Shown piece by piece: positions 1-9,017 of a DNA stretch of 64,000 nt. Source of the DNA: a virus. Its lineage: Duplodnaviria > Heunggongvirae > Uroviricota > Caudoviricetes. The stretch is from IMG/VR virus record IMGVR_UViG_3300013426_000020; one strand, 5' to 3'. The notes beneath the pieces are model-generated. The model saw only the letters and a program-made list of their open reading frames with translations, did no database searches and was not told the origin of the DNA. The position numbers and the translations under genes are program-made. The stretch's first letter is position 1; each line of letters begins with the position of its first letter.

Positions 1-427
1 TATATTTATTGTAATGAAGAAATTGAAGGACATACTTGAAGATGATGTTGATGTTTCTTATGACATAAATCCTGAACTTTTGAAGGGAGTCATAATGAAA
101 GATGAGACATATCCTGAATATGGTGTCATTGAAATACTGGGTTATGTGAAGAACAGAAAGAACCAGTCAAGAAGAATAATGTCTCCTGAAGGTGTGAGTC
201 CATGTCTTGCTGCCTTTACACATGGTTATGCACATGGTTATGTGAAGGATGGTGAAAGGATAAGAAGACATACCCCAAGAGAATTCTTCAGGTTGATGGG
301 ACTTGATGACAAGAACATTGATATGATACAGAATACAGGAATAAGTGAGACTCAGCAATATAAAATGGCTGGAAATTCAATAGTTATTGATGTGCTTGTT
401 GAAATTTTTGAAAAATTGTTTATGTAA
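1..427 (+). CDS. DNA (cytosine-5) methyltransferase, C-terminal part (gene starts upstream of window)
   Basis: The frame is open back to the window start. C5-MTase motifs are present: VIII-like QSRRIMSPEGVSPCL, IX-like RRHTPREFFRLMGL, X QQYKMAGNSIVIDVL. Confidence 0.8.
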   Translation, partial: IFIVMKKLKDILEDDVDVSYDINPELLKGVIMKDETYPEYGVIEILGYVKNRKNQSRRIMSPEGVSPCLAAFTHGYAHGYVKDGERIRRHTPREFFRLMGLDDKNIDMIQNTGISETQQYKMAGNSIVIDVLVEIFEKLFM

Positions 428-463
428 TTTAAAAAAGTTTGTTATATTTATAATGTTGAAACT

Positions 464-545
464 GGGAGTGCGGCAACGATGGTGAGTTGCACCAGACTGT
501 AAATCTGGTCTTTCGGGTTAGGGGGTTCGAATCCCTCCACTCCCA
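464..545 (+). tRNA. tRNA-Tyr (anticodon GTA), class II with long variable arm
   Basis: Cloverleaf by eye: acceptor gggagtg/cactccc, anticodon loop ctGTAaa, variable arm tctttcgggttagg, T-loop GGTTCGAATCC, discriminator A. Confidence 0.75.
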
Positions 546-640
546 CAAAAAAAAGTTCTTTGAAAATAAGAAACATAATCAGTCAATAACGTAATTACTC
601 TGCATAAGATCCTGGCAGTGAGAGAAGGGACGCTGATTTT

Positions 641-898
641 ATGACAACCATAAACCATTATTACATTGAATGTGATGATGTTTATCCTAGGAAATGGGTA
701 TCATTTATGAAACTCCAGATTGGGAAGGTCAAGTCAATGGAACGTGTCCGTCAGAATGATGTCTTTCGGGATTTCATCCTGCAACCTGAAGACAGGGGAG
801 TCCGTGAGGAGCGGTATGAGACAACACAACAGACGCATAAGAATGACGGAGATGTCTTTTATACCGTCAGTCCGGAAAATGGAAGCGACAGTCTGTAG
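641..898 (+). CDS. hypothetical protein (inside the tRNA cluster; uncertain)
   Basis: 85-aa ORF with no recognisable motifs; it lies between tRNA genes. Confidence 0.25.
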   Translation: MTTINHYYIECDDVYPRKWVSFMKLQIGKVKSMERVRQNDVFRDFILQPEDRGVREERYETTQQTHKNDGDVFYTVSPENGSDSL

Positions 899-1061
899 TT
901 CGTAAATCTGGTTGTCTTTTATATGACATCATTTTGCAGCCATAATAATCGGGACAATTGAAACCGAATCAGTGATGATGTCATCAGCAAGTTTTTCACC
1001 GGGGTTTCCTTGGTTCTTCAGGGTGTGAGTTTTGAAGAATAAAATAAATCTCGGTTTTTAT

Positions 1062-1133
1062 GCCTCTTTAGTATAAAGGTTATTATAACTGACTTGTAAT
1101 CAGTAGATATTGGTTCAATTCCGATAAGAGGCT
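1062..1133 (+). tRNA. tRNA-Thr (anticodon TGT)
   Basis: Acceptor gcctctt/aagaggc, anticodon stem actga/tcagt with loop ctTGTaa, T-loop GGTTCAATTCC. Confidence 0.7.
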
Positions 1134-1264
1134 CAAAAAAATGCAGACCCGTATAGTAAACTTGTAAGTTCTGGGTTTGGAGAAATCCATATAAGACCAT
1201 CTATAACACACTGGATAAAGTCGATTTTGGCATGCTCATAGGTTCAGTTGATGATGGAAACTGC

Positions 1265-1352
1265 ATTTTTTTTTGGAAGGTTGGGAGAGTTGGTTTATTC
1301 CAGAAGTCTTGAAAACTTCCGAACCTGTAAGGGTTCCGCAAGTTCGAATCTT
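1265..1352 (+). tRNA. tRNA-Ser (anticodon TGA), class II
   Basis: Acceptor ggaaggt/accttcc, discriminator G, anticodon loop ctTGAaa, long variable arm, T-loop GTTCGAATC. Confidence 0.75.
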
Positions 1353-1649
1353 GCACCTTCCGCAAAATAATCCCGGTGCAACAGGGATTGACAAGCAGGT
1401 TGCCAATAGGTAGGGGATAACCAATGATGTAATTTCGGTGTTTGATGCCTTTGAATGTCACCAAGTGTCTGTTTGAAGGAACAACATTGATGTAAATCCG
1501 GAGTGAATAATACGGCGGAAAAGTTCAGGTGGGGGTTTGTTGATGATGGTTTGTAGTACCTTGAACATTTGATTTTCCTCACAGAGAAATCCACTTCCCG
1601 GGCATTGTGTGGATGGAAAAATAGAGAACAGTTTCAAAAAACTACAATT

Positions 1650-1731
1650 ACCTGAGTGGGGGAATGGTAGACCCAGAACACTCAAAATGTTCCGCTCAAA
1701 AAGCATATGAGTTCGAATCTCATCTCAGGTA
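1650..1731 (+). tRNA. tRNA-Leu (anticodon CAA), class II
   Basis: Acceptor acctgag/ctcaggt, anticodon stem gaaca/tgttc with loop ctCAAaa, long variable arm, T-loop GTTCGAATC. Confidence 0.7.
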
Positions 1732-1746
1732 CAATTTATTATTGAT

Positions 1747-1929
1747 ATGAAAAAAGTTTGGTACAAAATTACAAATAAATTAGGATGGACAAAATATCAA
1801 TCTTTGGAAAGATATATTGAAGATCAGAAAGAATTTCATTATACACCTGTCAAGAAGATCATAAGAGTAACTGAAGAAGAGTTGTCAGAAGATATCATTG
1901 ATGATGTCAATAAACAAATTGGATGGTAA
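1747..1929 (+). CDS. hypothetical small protein (uncertain)
   Basis: 60-aa ORF sitting between tRNA-Leu and tRNA-Glu. Confidence 0.3.
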   Translation: MKKVWYKITNKLGWTKYQSLERYIEDQKEFHYTPVKKIIRVTEEELSEDIIDDVNKQIGW

Positions 1930-1969
1930 AATGAAAATACAATGATTTTTCAATTGATTTATCATATAT

Positions 1970-2043
1970 GCTCGGTTCATATAATGGTTTAGTATACAAG
2001 ATTTTCATTCTTGTCATGGTCGGTTCGACTCCGCCACCGAGTA
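1970..2043 (+). tRNA. tRNA-Glu (anticodon TTC)
   Basis: Acceptor gctcggt/accgagt (one G-U), anticodon stem caaga/tcttg with loop ttTTCat, T-loop GGTTCGACTCC. The D-arm is weak. Confidence 0.55.
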
Positions 2044-2087
2044 CTAATTTTTATTCTGTCAAATAAAAAAAAAATTATTACAAATTT

Positions 2088-2708
2088 ATGTCAAAATTTA
2101 TGAACACCGAAAAGAGAAACCAGATACTCAAGGAGTTGATGGTTTCTATAAGAAAGAACACACAGAAGTCAAGATGCATTGATGTTTTTGAAGATCTGTT
2201 GAACAACATTGATGACAAAAATGTAGTTGACATAGTCATAACAGATATGACTGTCTTTGTCAGTGAATTTTCAAGACTCTGCAAGGATATTGACAATATG
2301 AAGAACATTGACTTCATTTCAAGAATTCTCACAAAGGAATTCATCAAACCGGAAAAATGTTTCAGGGAATCTAAGGAAATTGCAAAACTTTATCTTGACT
2401 TGAGTGAGATTCTTCTTGGAAAATATACACATTTTCCTTATGTTCCTGAAAAACAGGTTATGTTGTCAAATTCAAACTGTCTCGGCAATCTTCAATACAA
2501 GGAAACATATACTCTTGATGACATTTTGAAGGTATCTAACTATTTCGGAGACTTAACTGACTTGTCAGTAGATGATTTCAAGAAAAAGTATGAACTTGCA
2601 AGGAAAGTTATACTTCTTTATAATTATCTTCCTGCTGTGGTGAAGGCATTCATCCAGACAAAACGAAGAAGTTTCAATCTGGATAGGAACTCGACAAAGT
2701 TCAAATAA
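2088..2708 (+). CDS. hypothetical protein
   Basis: 206-aa ORF; the first + strand gene after the tRNA array. Confidence 0.55.
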   Translation: MSKFMNTEKRNQILKELMVSIRKNTQKSRCIDVFEDLLNNIDDKNVVDIVITDMTVFVSEFSRLCKDIDNMKNIDFISRILTKEFIKPEKCFRESKEIAKLYLDLSEILLGKYTHFPYVPEKQVMLSNSNCLGNLQYKETYTLDDILKVSNYFGDLTDLSVDDFKKKYELARKVILLYNYLPAVVKAFIQTKRRSFNLDRNSTKFK

Positions 2709-2821
2709 ATTACATAAATAATTTGACATCACTCGGAGAGCGTATGTTCTGGTTGACCGCATTACCGTAAATGCGGTATTTTTATGTTTATTGAAGAAAT
2801 ATAATTTGTTATTTTTGAATT

Positions 2822-3871
2822 ATGAAAAAGTTTATTTTTATTTTATTGAGTCTGTTTATGGTACAGTCATGTTTTATAAATGACATAAGAACAGACTATG
2901 AAGGAAATCAGGTCATATCTTTTGAGCCTATTTCAAGAAAACAACACACAAGATCAACACCTTTATCAAAGTATGAATCTACAACAGGAGACTTTGCGGT
3001 CTTTTCATGGTATCAAAGGGGGACTGGAAGTTTTGATCCTGTCAATAATGATGTTGTACTTTATATGGACAATGTTGTATGTTCATATGATGAGATAAAT
3101 GGAAAAGGAACATGGATGCCTGTTACCACTTATTTTTGGCCAAAGAATGGAAAACTCACATTTTCTGCATATTATCCTGTTGGTGATGTGTTTGCTCCTA
3201 ATGTAAATGTGGATACAAAGACAGGATTGAAATTCAATGATTATAACATTGCAAATGCTGTTGATCAGAAGGATTTGATGTTCAGCTCAAGAACATATGA
3301 TAAATCTGCATCTATACATCCAGATGATTTTATTACAACTTATGATGGAGTTGATATATTGTTCAATCATGCTTTGTCAGCAATTTCTTTCACAGTGAAA
3401 TCAAGGGATGATTATAATGGTGTATTACTTTTGAAAAGAATTGAACTTATTGATGTGAAACACAAGGGTTCATTTGATGAGAATCTGACAGATGGATATG
3501 CAGTTAACAAGTCAGTCTGGTCTGTTGATGATGATAATGTTGATTATAAGATATATGAATCAACAGAAACATATGGAACAATAATTGATATGTCTGGTGT
3601 TGTATTCACAGATGCAAATACAGGTATAGTTCTTCCACAGGTTTTTGATGACAATGCAAAGATAAGAATTACATATTACATCAAATATGGTACAGACAAA
3701 TATCTTGAACAAGTCAATGATGTGAAGTTGAAGGATTTGAAGAAGGATGGACTTGTTTCACTTGATGCATGGGAAATGGGAAAATGGTACAAATACAATA
3801 TCACATTTGGTCTGGATCAGATTTATTTTGCACCTGCTATTGAAGAATGGATTGATGTAATTGTACGATAG
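2822..3871 (+). CDS. putative lipoprotein / secreted protein
   Basis: N-terminus MKKFIFILLSLFMVQSC is a signal peptide with a lipobox-like Cys; 349 aa. A TTTGTTATTTTT motif lies just upstream. Confidence 0.6.
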   Translation: MKKFIFILLSLFMVQSCFINDIRTDYEGNQVISFEPISRKQHTRSTPLSKYESTTGDFAVFSWYQRGTGSFDPVNNDVVLYMDNVVCSYDEINGKGTWMPVTTYFWPKNGKLTFSAYYPVGDVFAPNVNVDTKTGLKFNDYNIANAVDQKDLMFSSRTYDKSASIHPDDFITTYDGVDILFNHALSAISFTVKSRDDYNGVLLLKRIELIDVKHKGSFDENLTDGYAVNKSVWSVDDDNVDYKIYESTETYGTIIDMSGVVFTDANTGIVLPQVFDDNAKIRITYYIKYGTDKYLEQVNDVKLKDLKKDGLVSLDAWEMGKWYKYNITFGLDQIYFAPAIEEWIDVIVR

Positions 3872-3900
3872 TCATAAATACATAAAACAATTTATAAGTT

Positions 3901-4113
3901 ATGAACGAATTATCAAAGAATAATCTTATATGGTTCGGTAAGGTGCTTGCATTTGCACTGCCTGTATTCTTTGCAATAATCACATTTGCAGGAATTCTCA
4001 ATGGAATAGTTTCCGGTGGAATTGATTCCTTTTATGGATATGTGGCAGCTTTGAACATAGGTGTTGAAGGTTATTTGTTTTATAATCTTTATAGGAAGTT
4101 ATTCAAGAAATAA
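3901..4113 (+). CDS. small membrane protein
   Basis: 70 aa with two hydrophobic segments. Confidence 0.45.
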   Translation: MNELSKNNLIWFGKVLAFALPVFFAIITFAGILNGIVSGGIDSFYGYVAALNIGVEGYLFYNLYRKLFKK

Positions 4114-4121
4114 CTTAGTTT

Positions 4122-4211
4122 GGAAGATTACCCAAGTGGTGAAGGGGACGGTTTGCTAAACCGTTAGATCGGTCAATTACCGGTGCGGGGGTTCAAATCC
4201 CTCATCTTCCG
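4122..4211 (+). tRNA. tRNA-Ser (anticodon GCT), class II
   Basis: Acceptor ggaagat/atcttcc, discriminator G, anticodon stem acggt/accgt with loop ttGCTaa, long variable arm, T-loop GGTTCAAATCC. Confidence 0.75.
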
Positions 4212-4317
4212 CAAATTATACAATGTTTTTGGTTCAGGGAATGTATATGTCCCTTGAGTGTTCTTATGGACGCAAATGAATCGGAGACAGTTAAATACAA
4301 ATAAAATTTAATGAAGT

Positions 4318-5118
4318 ATGAGTTACAAAATTACAGAACAATTGGCGAAAATCGCCATCGCAAAAAGTCTTGTAAAGGAATACAGGACAAATGAATCAGG
4401 AAGAACAGTTTATTTGAACAATGGAACAGAATTCCAGATTTATCTCAAAAATCCTTATAGGAAACACATGGGTGTCAAGATTTATGTGAATGAACAGGAA
4501 ATAGGTGGTACACTTATCCTAAAACCTGGTCAGTCCTGTTGGCTTGAAAGGTTTATGAACAATGACAAGAAGTTTCTTTTTTCTACATATGAAGTTGAAA
4601 ACACACAGGAGATGAAAAACGCCATAAGTAATAATGGTAATATAAAGATAGAGTTCTTTATGGAAAAGGAAGTTGTTTATCATTATGAATGGAACAATAT
4701 CATAGACAACCCTATAAAACCATGGTCTCCTTATAACGATACAATAGTATGGTCATCCAGCAATCCTATAAACTGCAAGTTGACCAGTTTGAATATGGGT
4801 ACTTCAAATAGTTTGATACAAAGGGCTAATATTGTAGAAACATCTTGTTGCACAAAATATAATTCAAGTATACCATATCATAATGGTGTGATTGAGACTG
4901 GAAGAGTGGAGAGTGGATCAAAGTCAAATCAAAAGTTTGAAAACTGTGATATAGATCTTGAATATAATCCCTTCAAGGTGGAGGTCATCAAGATACTTCC
5001 TAATTCAAGAAAACAGGTTTCAGTCAATGAGACAAGACGGAAATATTGCGGGCAGTGTGGGAAGAAAGTAAGTCCAAAGGACAAATATTGTTCAAATTGT
5101 GGAACAAAACTGATATAA
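4318..5118 (+). CDS. hypothetical protein with C-terminal zinc ribbon
   Basis: C-terminus CGQCGKKVSPKDKYCSNCG is a CxxC-x9-CxxC pattern. Confidence 0.55.
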   Translation: MSYKITEQLAKIAIAKSLVKEYRTNESGRTVYLNNGTEFQIYLKNPYRKHMGVKIYVNEQEIGGTLILKPGQSCWLERFMNNDKKFLFSTYEVENTQEMKNAISNNGNIKIEFFMEKEVVYHYEWNNIIDNPIKPWSPYNDTIVWSSSNPINCKLTSLNMGTSNSLIQRANIVETSCCTKYNSSIPYHNGVIETGRVESGSKSNQKFENCDIDLEYNPFKVEVIKILPNSRKQVSVNETRRKYCGQCGKKVSPKDKYCSNCGTKLI

Positions 5119-5132
5119 AACAATACTGATAT

Positions 5133-5513
5133 ATGGTCATCAATGATGAAACAAAAATAGAATTCGGTGAGGAAAAACAGATAAATGACTATCAGTTTCT
5201 TCTTCCAGTTATAGTTGACGGTGAAGAAATGTCCGTTGATGATGTGAATTTCATCATTGAACCCCATAATGTAAGAGGGAAGTCATTATATCAGCCACAT
5301 ATCAAGATTGTTCCTAAATATCAACATCTGGGACTGGGTTATAAAATATTCAAGACATTTCTGTTCGAGTTCGGCAACATCTACTGCTGGAACTGGTGTA
5401 TTGTGAATAAACCTGTTATTTTCAAGATACTGGATAAACTGGGAAAGGAATCGGATGTGACCAGATTTAAAAAGACAAAGGACTACTATTATATATCTGT
5501 TGAAAATGACTGA
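5133..5513 (+). CDS. hypothetical protein
   Basis: 126-aa ORF followed by a terminator. Confidence 0.5.
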   Translation: MVINDETKIEFGEEKQINDYQFLLPVIVDGEEMSVDDVNFIIEPHNVRGKSLYQPHIKIVPKYQHLGLGYKIFKTFLFEFGNIYCWNWCIVNKPVIFKILDKLGKESDVTRFKKTKDYYYISVEND

Positions 5514-5536
5514 AGAAATTCAGTCATTTTTTTTTT
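5508..5536 (+). terminator. Rho-independent terminator
   Basis: Hairpin gactgaa...ttcagtc followed by T10. Confidence 0.6.
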
Positions 5537-5543
5537 GAATTTA

Positions 5544-5575
5544 TTTGGAAGTTTGAAATTTTGTTCATATCTTTG
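5544..5575 (+). promoter_or_regulatory. Bacteroidota sigma-A type promoter (class A cassette): -33 TTTG / 20 nt / -7 TATCTTTG
   Basis: TTTG at 5544, TATCTTTG at 5568, spacing exactly 20 nt. Confidence 0.55.
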
Positions 5576-5643
5576 CATCAAGAAAATAAAACATCAACTT
5601 TTTACTTCAAGTCCGGAAGGATAAATACAGGACAAAAGAAAAA

Positions 5644-6882
5644 ATGAACAGTAAGGAATTCATCAACAAGTATGGTTCAGAAGAACTGAAGGCGACAAGT
5701 AATTTTGCAACCAAGTCATTGGGAGTGAATTATGATGTCAAGGATGCATTTATTGAATTCGGTGATAATGCATATGACAGTAGAATCAAAAATTCAAGAC
5801 TTGAATTCAACATCAGTATTGATTCAGAAAAACACACTATCATATTTTATGACAATGGTTCCGGCATCAAGGATGATACCAAGCTCTTTCTTCTTGGTGG
5901 AACAAATAAGGAAAGCAATAAAAACAAGATAGGTAAATATGGTATAGGTGTTCCTGGTGCAACTGCTGCCATCGCAACACAGTGCAAGTTTGATAAAAAT
6001 GAAATTGTGGAAGCAATATTTGAATCTGCAAGTGATGGGAAGTCATTTATCAAACATACGGCATTTATGCCTAATGGTGAAATGATTAATGGCAAGACTG
6101 TTTATGGGACATGTGATAAGTCAAAACATTTCACAAGACTTACATTTACGAATGTCTCAATTGGTTCCACATCATCAATCATTGATTCGATGGAAGAAAT
6201 TTTTGAAATACCACTTCACAGAAATATGGACATCATTTTCAATGGAAGAAAACTGGGTATGTCAACCACACCTACATTTATAGGTGATGAAATTCCAAAG
6301 ACAATAATGGTTGGAAGTATTCCAGTTGAAGTGAAATATAGAATTATTGGAGGAAACAAATCTGATGATTCGCGTGCATTGAAGGAAGCAGGCTTGAGAA
6401 TTTATGACAAGAATAGTGGAAGACTTCTTGCAAAAAGTCAGGAATTGTGGAAATGGTTCTGCAACAAACAGGCATTTCAGGATATTTGCGGATGCCGTGC
6501 TGGAATATTCATTGACAGTACAATTGATGCATATAAAAAATTTGGTATCAAATCATCAAAGAATGGAGTAACATACAGATTGTATTGTCAGGATCCAGAC
6601 TTCAAAGATCTTGCAGATGAACTGAAAGTAATTTATGGTGTAGCATTATCAACAAATTGTAGCAACAGGATTTCAAATGTTGATGCTATTATAAAGGGAT
6701 CTAGAAAATTTCAGATTTCACCTTTGAAGATAAATGGTCTTTATCTTGAGGCATCAAAAAATGAATACATTATCAAGAAGAAATATTCACAGGATGAAAT
6801 TGTAGGTATGATAGATACCATCATTGATCTTCAGAATAAGTTGAACAGAAAAACAAAAAAGTCAAAAACAGCAGAAGCATGA
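5644..6882 (+). CDS. GHKL-superfamily (HATPase_c / MORC-like) ATPase
   Basis: Bergerat-fold motifs: N-box EFGDNAYDS, G1 YDNGSGI, G2 GKYGIGVPGA. Confidence 0.7.
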   Translation: MNSKEFINKYGSEELKATSNFATKSLGVNYDVKDAFIEFGDNAYDSRIKNSRLEFNISIDSEKHTIIFYDNGSGIKDDTKLFLLGGTNKESNKNKIGKYGIGVPGATAAIATQCKFDKNEIVEAIFESASDGKSFIKHTAFMPNGEMINGKTVYGTCDKSKHFTRLTFTNVSIGSTSSIIDSMEEIFEIPLHRNMDIIFNGRKLGMSTTPTFIGDEIPKTIMVGSIPVEVKYRIIGGNKSDDSRALKEAGLRIYDKNSGRLLAKSQELWKWFCNKQAFQDICGCRAGIFIDSTIDAYKKFGIKSSKNGVTYRLYCQDPDFKDLADELKVIYGVALSTNCSNRISNVDAIIKGSRKFQISPLKINGLYLEASKNEYIIKKKYSQDEIVGMIDTIIDLQNKLNRKTKKSKTAEA

Positions 6883-7589
6883 TGACATCTTTTTCAATAA
6901 CATCATCAAAAAAGGATGATGACTTGCTGACAACAGTAAGTGAAAACATATGCAAAGACTTGAAAGATAAATATCTTTCAAGTCTTCCAGAGACATGGAA
7001 TATTGAATGTGGAAACAAAAAACTCAATTTTGATGATATAAAAACTGCTCTGGTAGATTCAGGATTATCAGAAAATAAGGCATCAAAATACTATGGTCTT
7101 GCAAGTGGAATTGAGACAGATTCACATATAATATATCTCACCATCAAGAAAGGAGATAGAATCATCAAGAAACCATTGTTTATGGGAGAGATGAAAAAAC
7201 AGGGAACAAATGACAGAAGACTTGCAGAAGGAAAGTTAAAACAGGCCATAGGTAATGCCGCTGGAGACAGGGTTGCAAAGAATTTCCTGATTTCATCTGA
7301 TTATTGTTATACATGTGATAGGGAGTTTTTTCCATATAATGTATATCTTCATGGATGTGATTTCAATGAAGATATGACAAACACAATGAAGGCAAAACTA
7401 ACTCCCCTGTTTGGAACTTTGAATAGGATAAATCCATGGTTTGATAAGGATATGCTCATATATACTGCTGGACATAAAGGTGGGAGTTGTTTCTATCAGA
7501 ACAATGACTTCACATATAAGCAATTATATGATTTGTGTTATGAATGTTGCAGGATAGGTATTGAGCATTATCTTGAAAAATATAGATAA
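6879..7589 (+). CDS. Cys-rich protein, putative PD-(D/E)xK nuclease partner of the GHKL ATPase
   Basis: Its start overlaps the stop of the upstream gene (ATGA). Candidate D...ExK core: IIYLTIKKGD then 11 aa then GEMKK. Cys clusters CYTCD...HGCD and CYECC. The CDS itself is clear; the function is inferred. Confidence 0.5.
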   Translation: MMTSFSITSSKKDDDLLTTVSENICKDLKDKYLSSLPETWNIECGNKKLNFDDIKTALVDSGLSENKASKYYGLASGIETDSHIIYLTIKKGDRIIKKPLFMGEMKKQGTNDRRLAEGKLKQAIGNAAGDRVAKNFLISSDYCYTCDREFFPYNVYLHGCDFNEDMTNTMKAKLTPLFGTLNRINPWFDKDMLIYTAGHKGGSCFYQNNDFTYKQLYDLCYECCRIGIEHYLEKYR

Positions 7590-7631
7590 AAAAAAAAATC
7601 TCTGGATTATAAAATCCAGAGATTTTTTTTT
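7590..7631 (+). terminator. Rho-independent terminator
   Basis: A10, then hairpin atctctggatt/aatccagagat, then T9. Confidence 0.6.
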
Positions 7632-7856
7632 GGGAACGATATACCTGTTGGCAGCAGAAGTTCGTAAATATCCAAGATTGTTGGACTTTAAGAATCTGCT
7701 TTGATTATTCCGAGCTTCGTAAACCATGGACTGGTGTGTGATACACCCTGTTCTACACACCACGAGACTTCAGATGGGGCATTAGCGCATAAAATGGCGC
7801 GTTCCACACAAAAAAAAAAAATCATTGCCGACAGGTATATCATTTCTTTTTTTTTG
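7632..7856 (+). ncRNA. candidate structured ncRNA (about 225 nt), family unknown
   Basis: 17-bp closing helix 7638-7654 with 7825-7841, containing two G-U pairs that would be A/C mismatches on the opposite strand. Internal 8-bp hairpin ggtgtgtg/cacacacc, a small gcgc/gcgc hairpin, an A14 run, and a terminal U-run. No ORF. Confidence 0.4.
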
Positions 7857-7876
7857 TTATTTTTATTATAAACTTT

Positions 7877-9007
7877 ATGATGGAGAACAATTTTTTTCTC
7901 ACCGATCAGATAATAACATATATAGGAAACAAGCGGAAGCTTCTCAATGACATAAATCTGGAAGTTGAACACATACTCAAGGAACTTGGTATTCAAAAAG
8001 GAAAATTGTGTGATTTGTTTTCCGGAAGTGGAATTGTAGCCAGATCAGTGAAGAAATATTCAAACATGCTTTATGTGAATGATTTGGAAAAATACAGTTG
8101 CATAATCAATGACTGTTATCTTACAAATAAAGATGAGTTTGATGAAATAACATATAATACATATCTGGATAAGATTTTGGATTTTCCAGAAGTCGAAGGA
8201 ATAATAACAAAAAACTATGCTCCAGAAGATGATAATGACATAAAATATGGAGAAAGAGTATTTTACACACATGATAATGCTGTTATTATTGATACCATAC
8301 GTACTGCAATAGATGAATATGTTCCAGATGAATATAAGAAGTTCTATCTGGCTCCATTATTATATGAGGCATCAATACATACAAATACAAGTGGAATATT
8401 CAAAGGATTCTACAAGTCAAAGGAGACTGGTATAGGCAAATTTGGTGGTGATGGGGAGAATTCATTGTCCAGAATATGTGGAAAGATTTCATTGAAGAAA
8501 CCCATATTTTCAAATTATGACTGTAATAAGATTATCTTGAATGGGGATGCGAATACTGTGGCAAGAACATTAAAAAATCTTGACATAACATATCTTGATC
8601 CTCCATATAATCAACATCCATACAGTTCAAATTATTTTATGCTGAATACTATAATTGAGAACAAGATTGGTGATAATTTGAGTAAGGTTTCAGGTATTCC
8701 AGAAGACTGGAACAAATCAAGTTATAATAGAAAGAATAGTGCATTGAAATCTTTTGAAGATCTTATATCCAATCTTGATTCAAAATATATGATAATCTCA
8801 TATAACAATGAAGGAATCATATCATATGATGATATGTGTAATATGCTTTCAAAATATGGAACAGTGGAGATAAACAATATAGAATATAATGCTTTCAAGG
8901 GAAGTCGCAATTTGAATGGAAGAGACAAACACACAATAGAATATTTGTTTGTCTTAAAAAAAGACGGACCAAGAAGAATTATCATAAAAAATGAAGGACT
9001 TTTTTAA
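7877..9007 (+). CDS. N6-adenine DNA methyltransferase, Dam/D12 class
   Basis: Motif X YIGNKRKLL, motif I FSGSGIV, motif IV DITYLDPPYN, in the alpha-class order. Confidence 0.85.
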   Translation: MMENNFFLTDQIITYIGNKRKLLNDINLEVEHILKELGIQKGKLCDLFSGSGIVARSVKKYSNMLYVNDLEKYSCIINDCYLTNKDEFDEITYNTYLDKILDFPEVEGIITKNYAPEDDNDIKYGERVFYTHDNAVIIDTIRTAIDEYVPDEYKKFYLAPLLYEASIHTNTSGIFKGFYKSKETGIGKFGGDGENSLSRICGKISLKKPIFSNYDCNKIILNGDANTVARTLKNLDITYLDPPYNQHPYSSNYFMLNTIIENKIGDNLSKVSGIPEDWNKSSYNRKNSALKSFEDLISNLDSKYMIISYNNEGIISYDDMCNMLSKYGTVEINNIEYNAFKGSRNLNGRDKHTIEYLFVLKKDGPRRIIIKNEGLF

Positions 9008-9017
9008 TTTATAATTT

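Noticed and set aside
1201-1706. Minus-strand ORFs 1201-1464, 1295-1594, 1458-1706
   Set aside because: They overlap the tRNA-Ser and tRNA-Leu genes and have no coding signal.
7632-7856. tmRNA (partner for the phage smpB)
   Set aside because: There is no T-loop (GTTCRANYC) and no 7-bp acceptor-like end pairing. The closing helix is 17 bp, and the tag-peptide-like reading is not in a credible frame.
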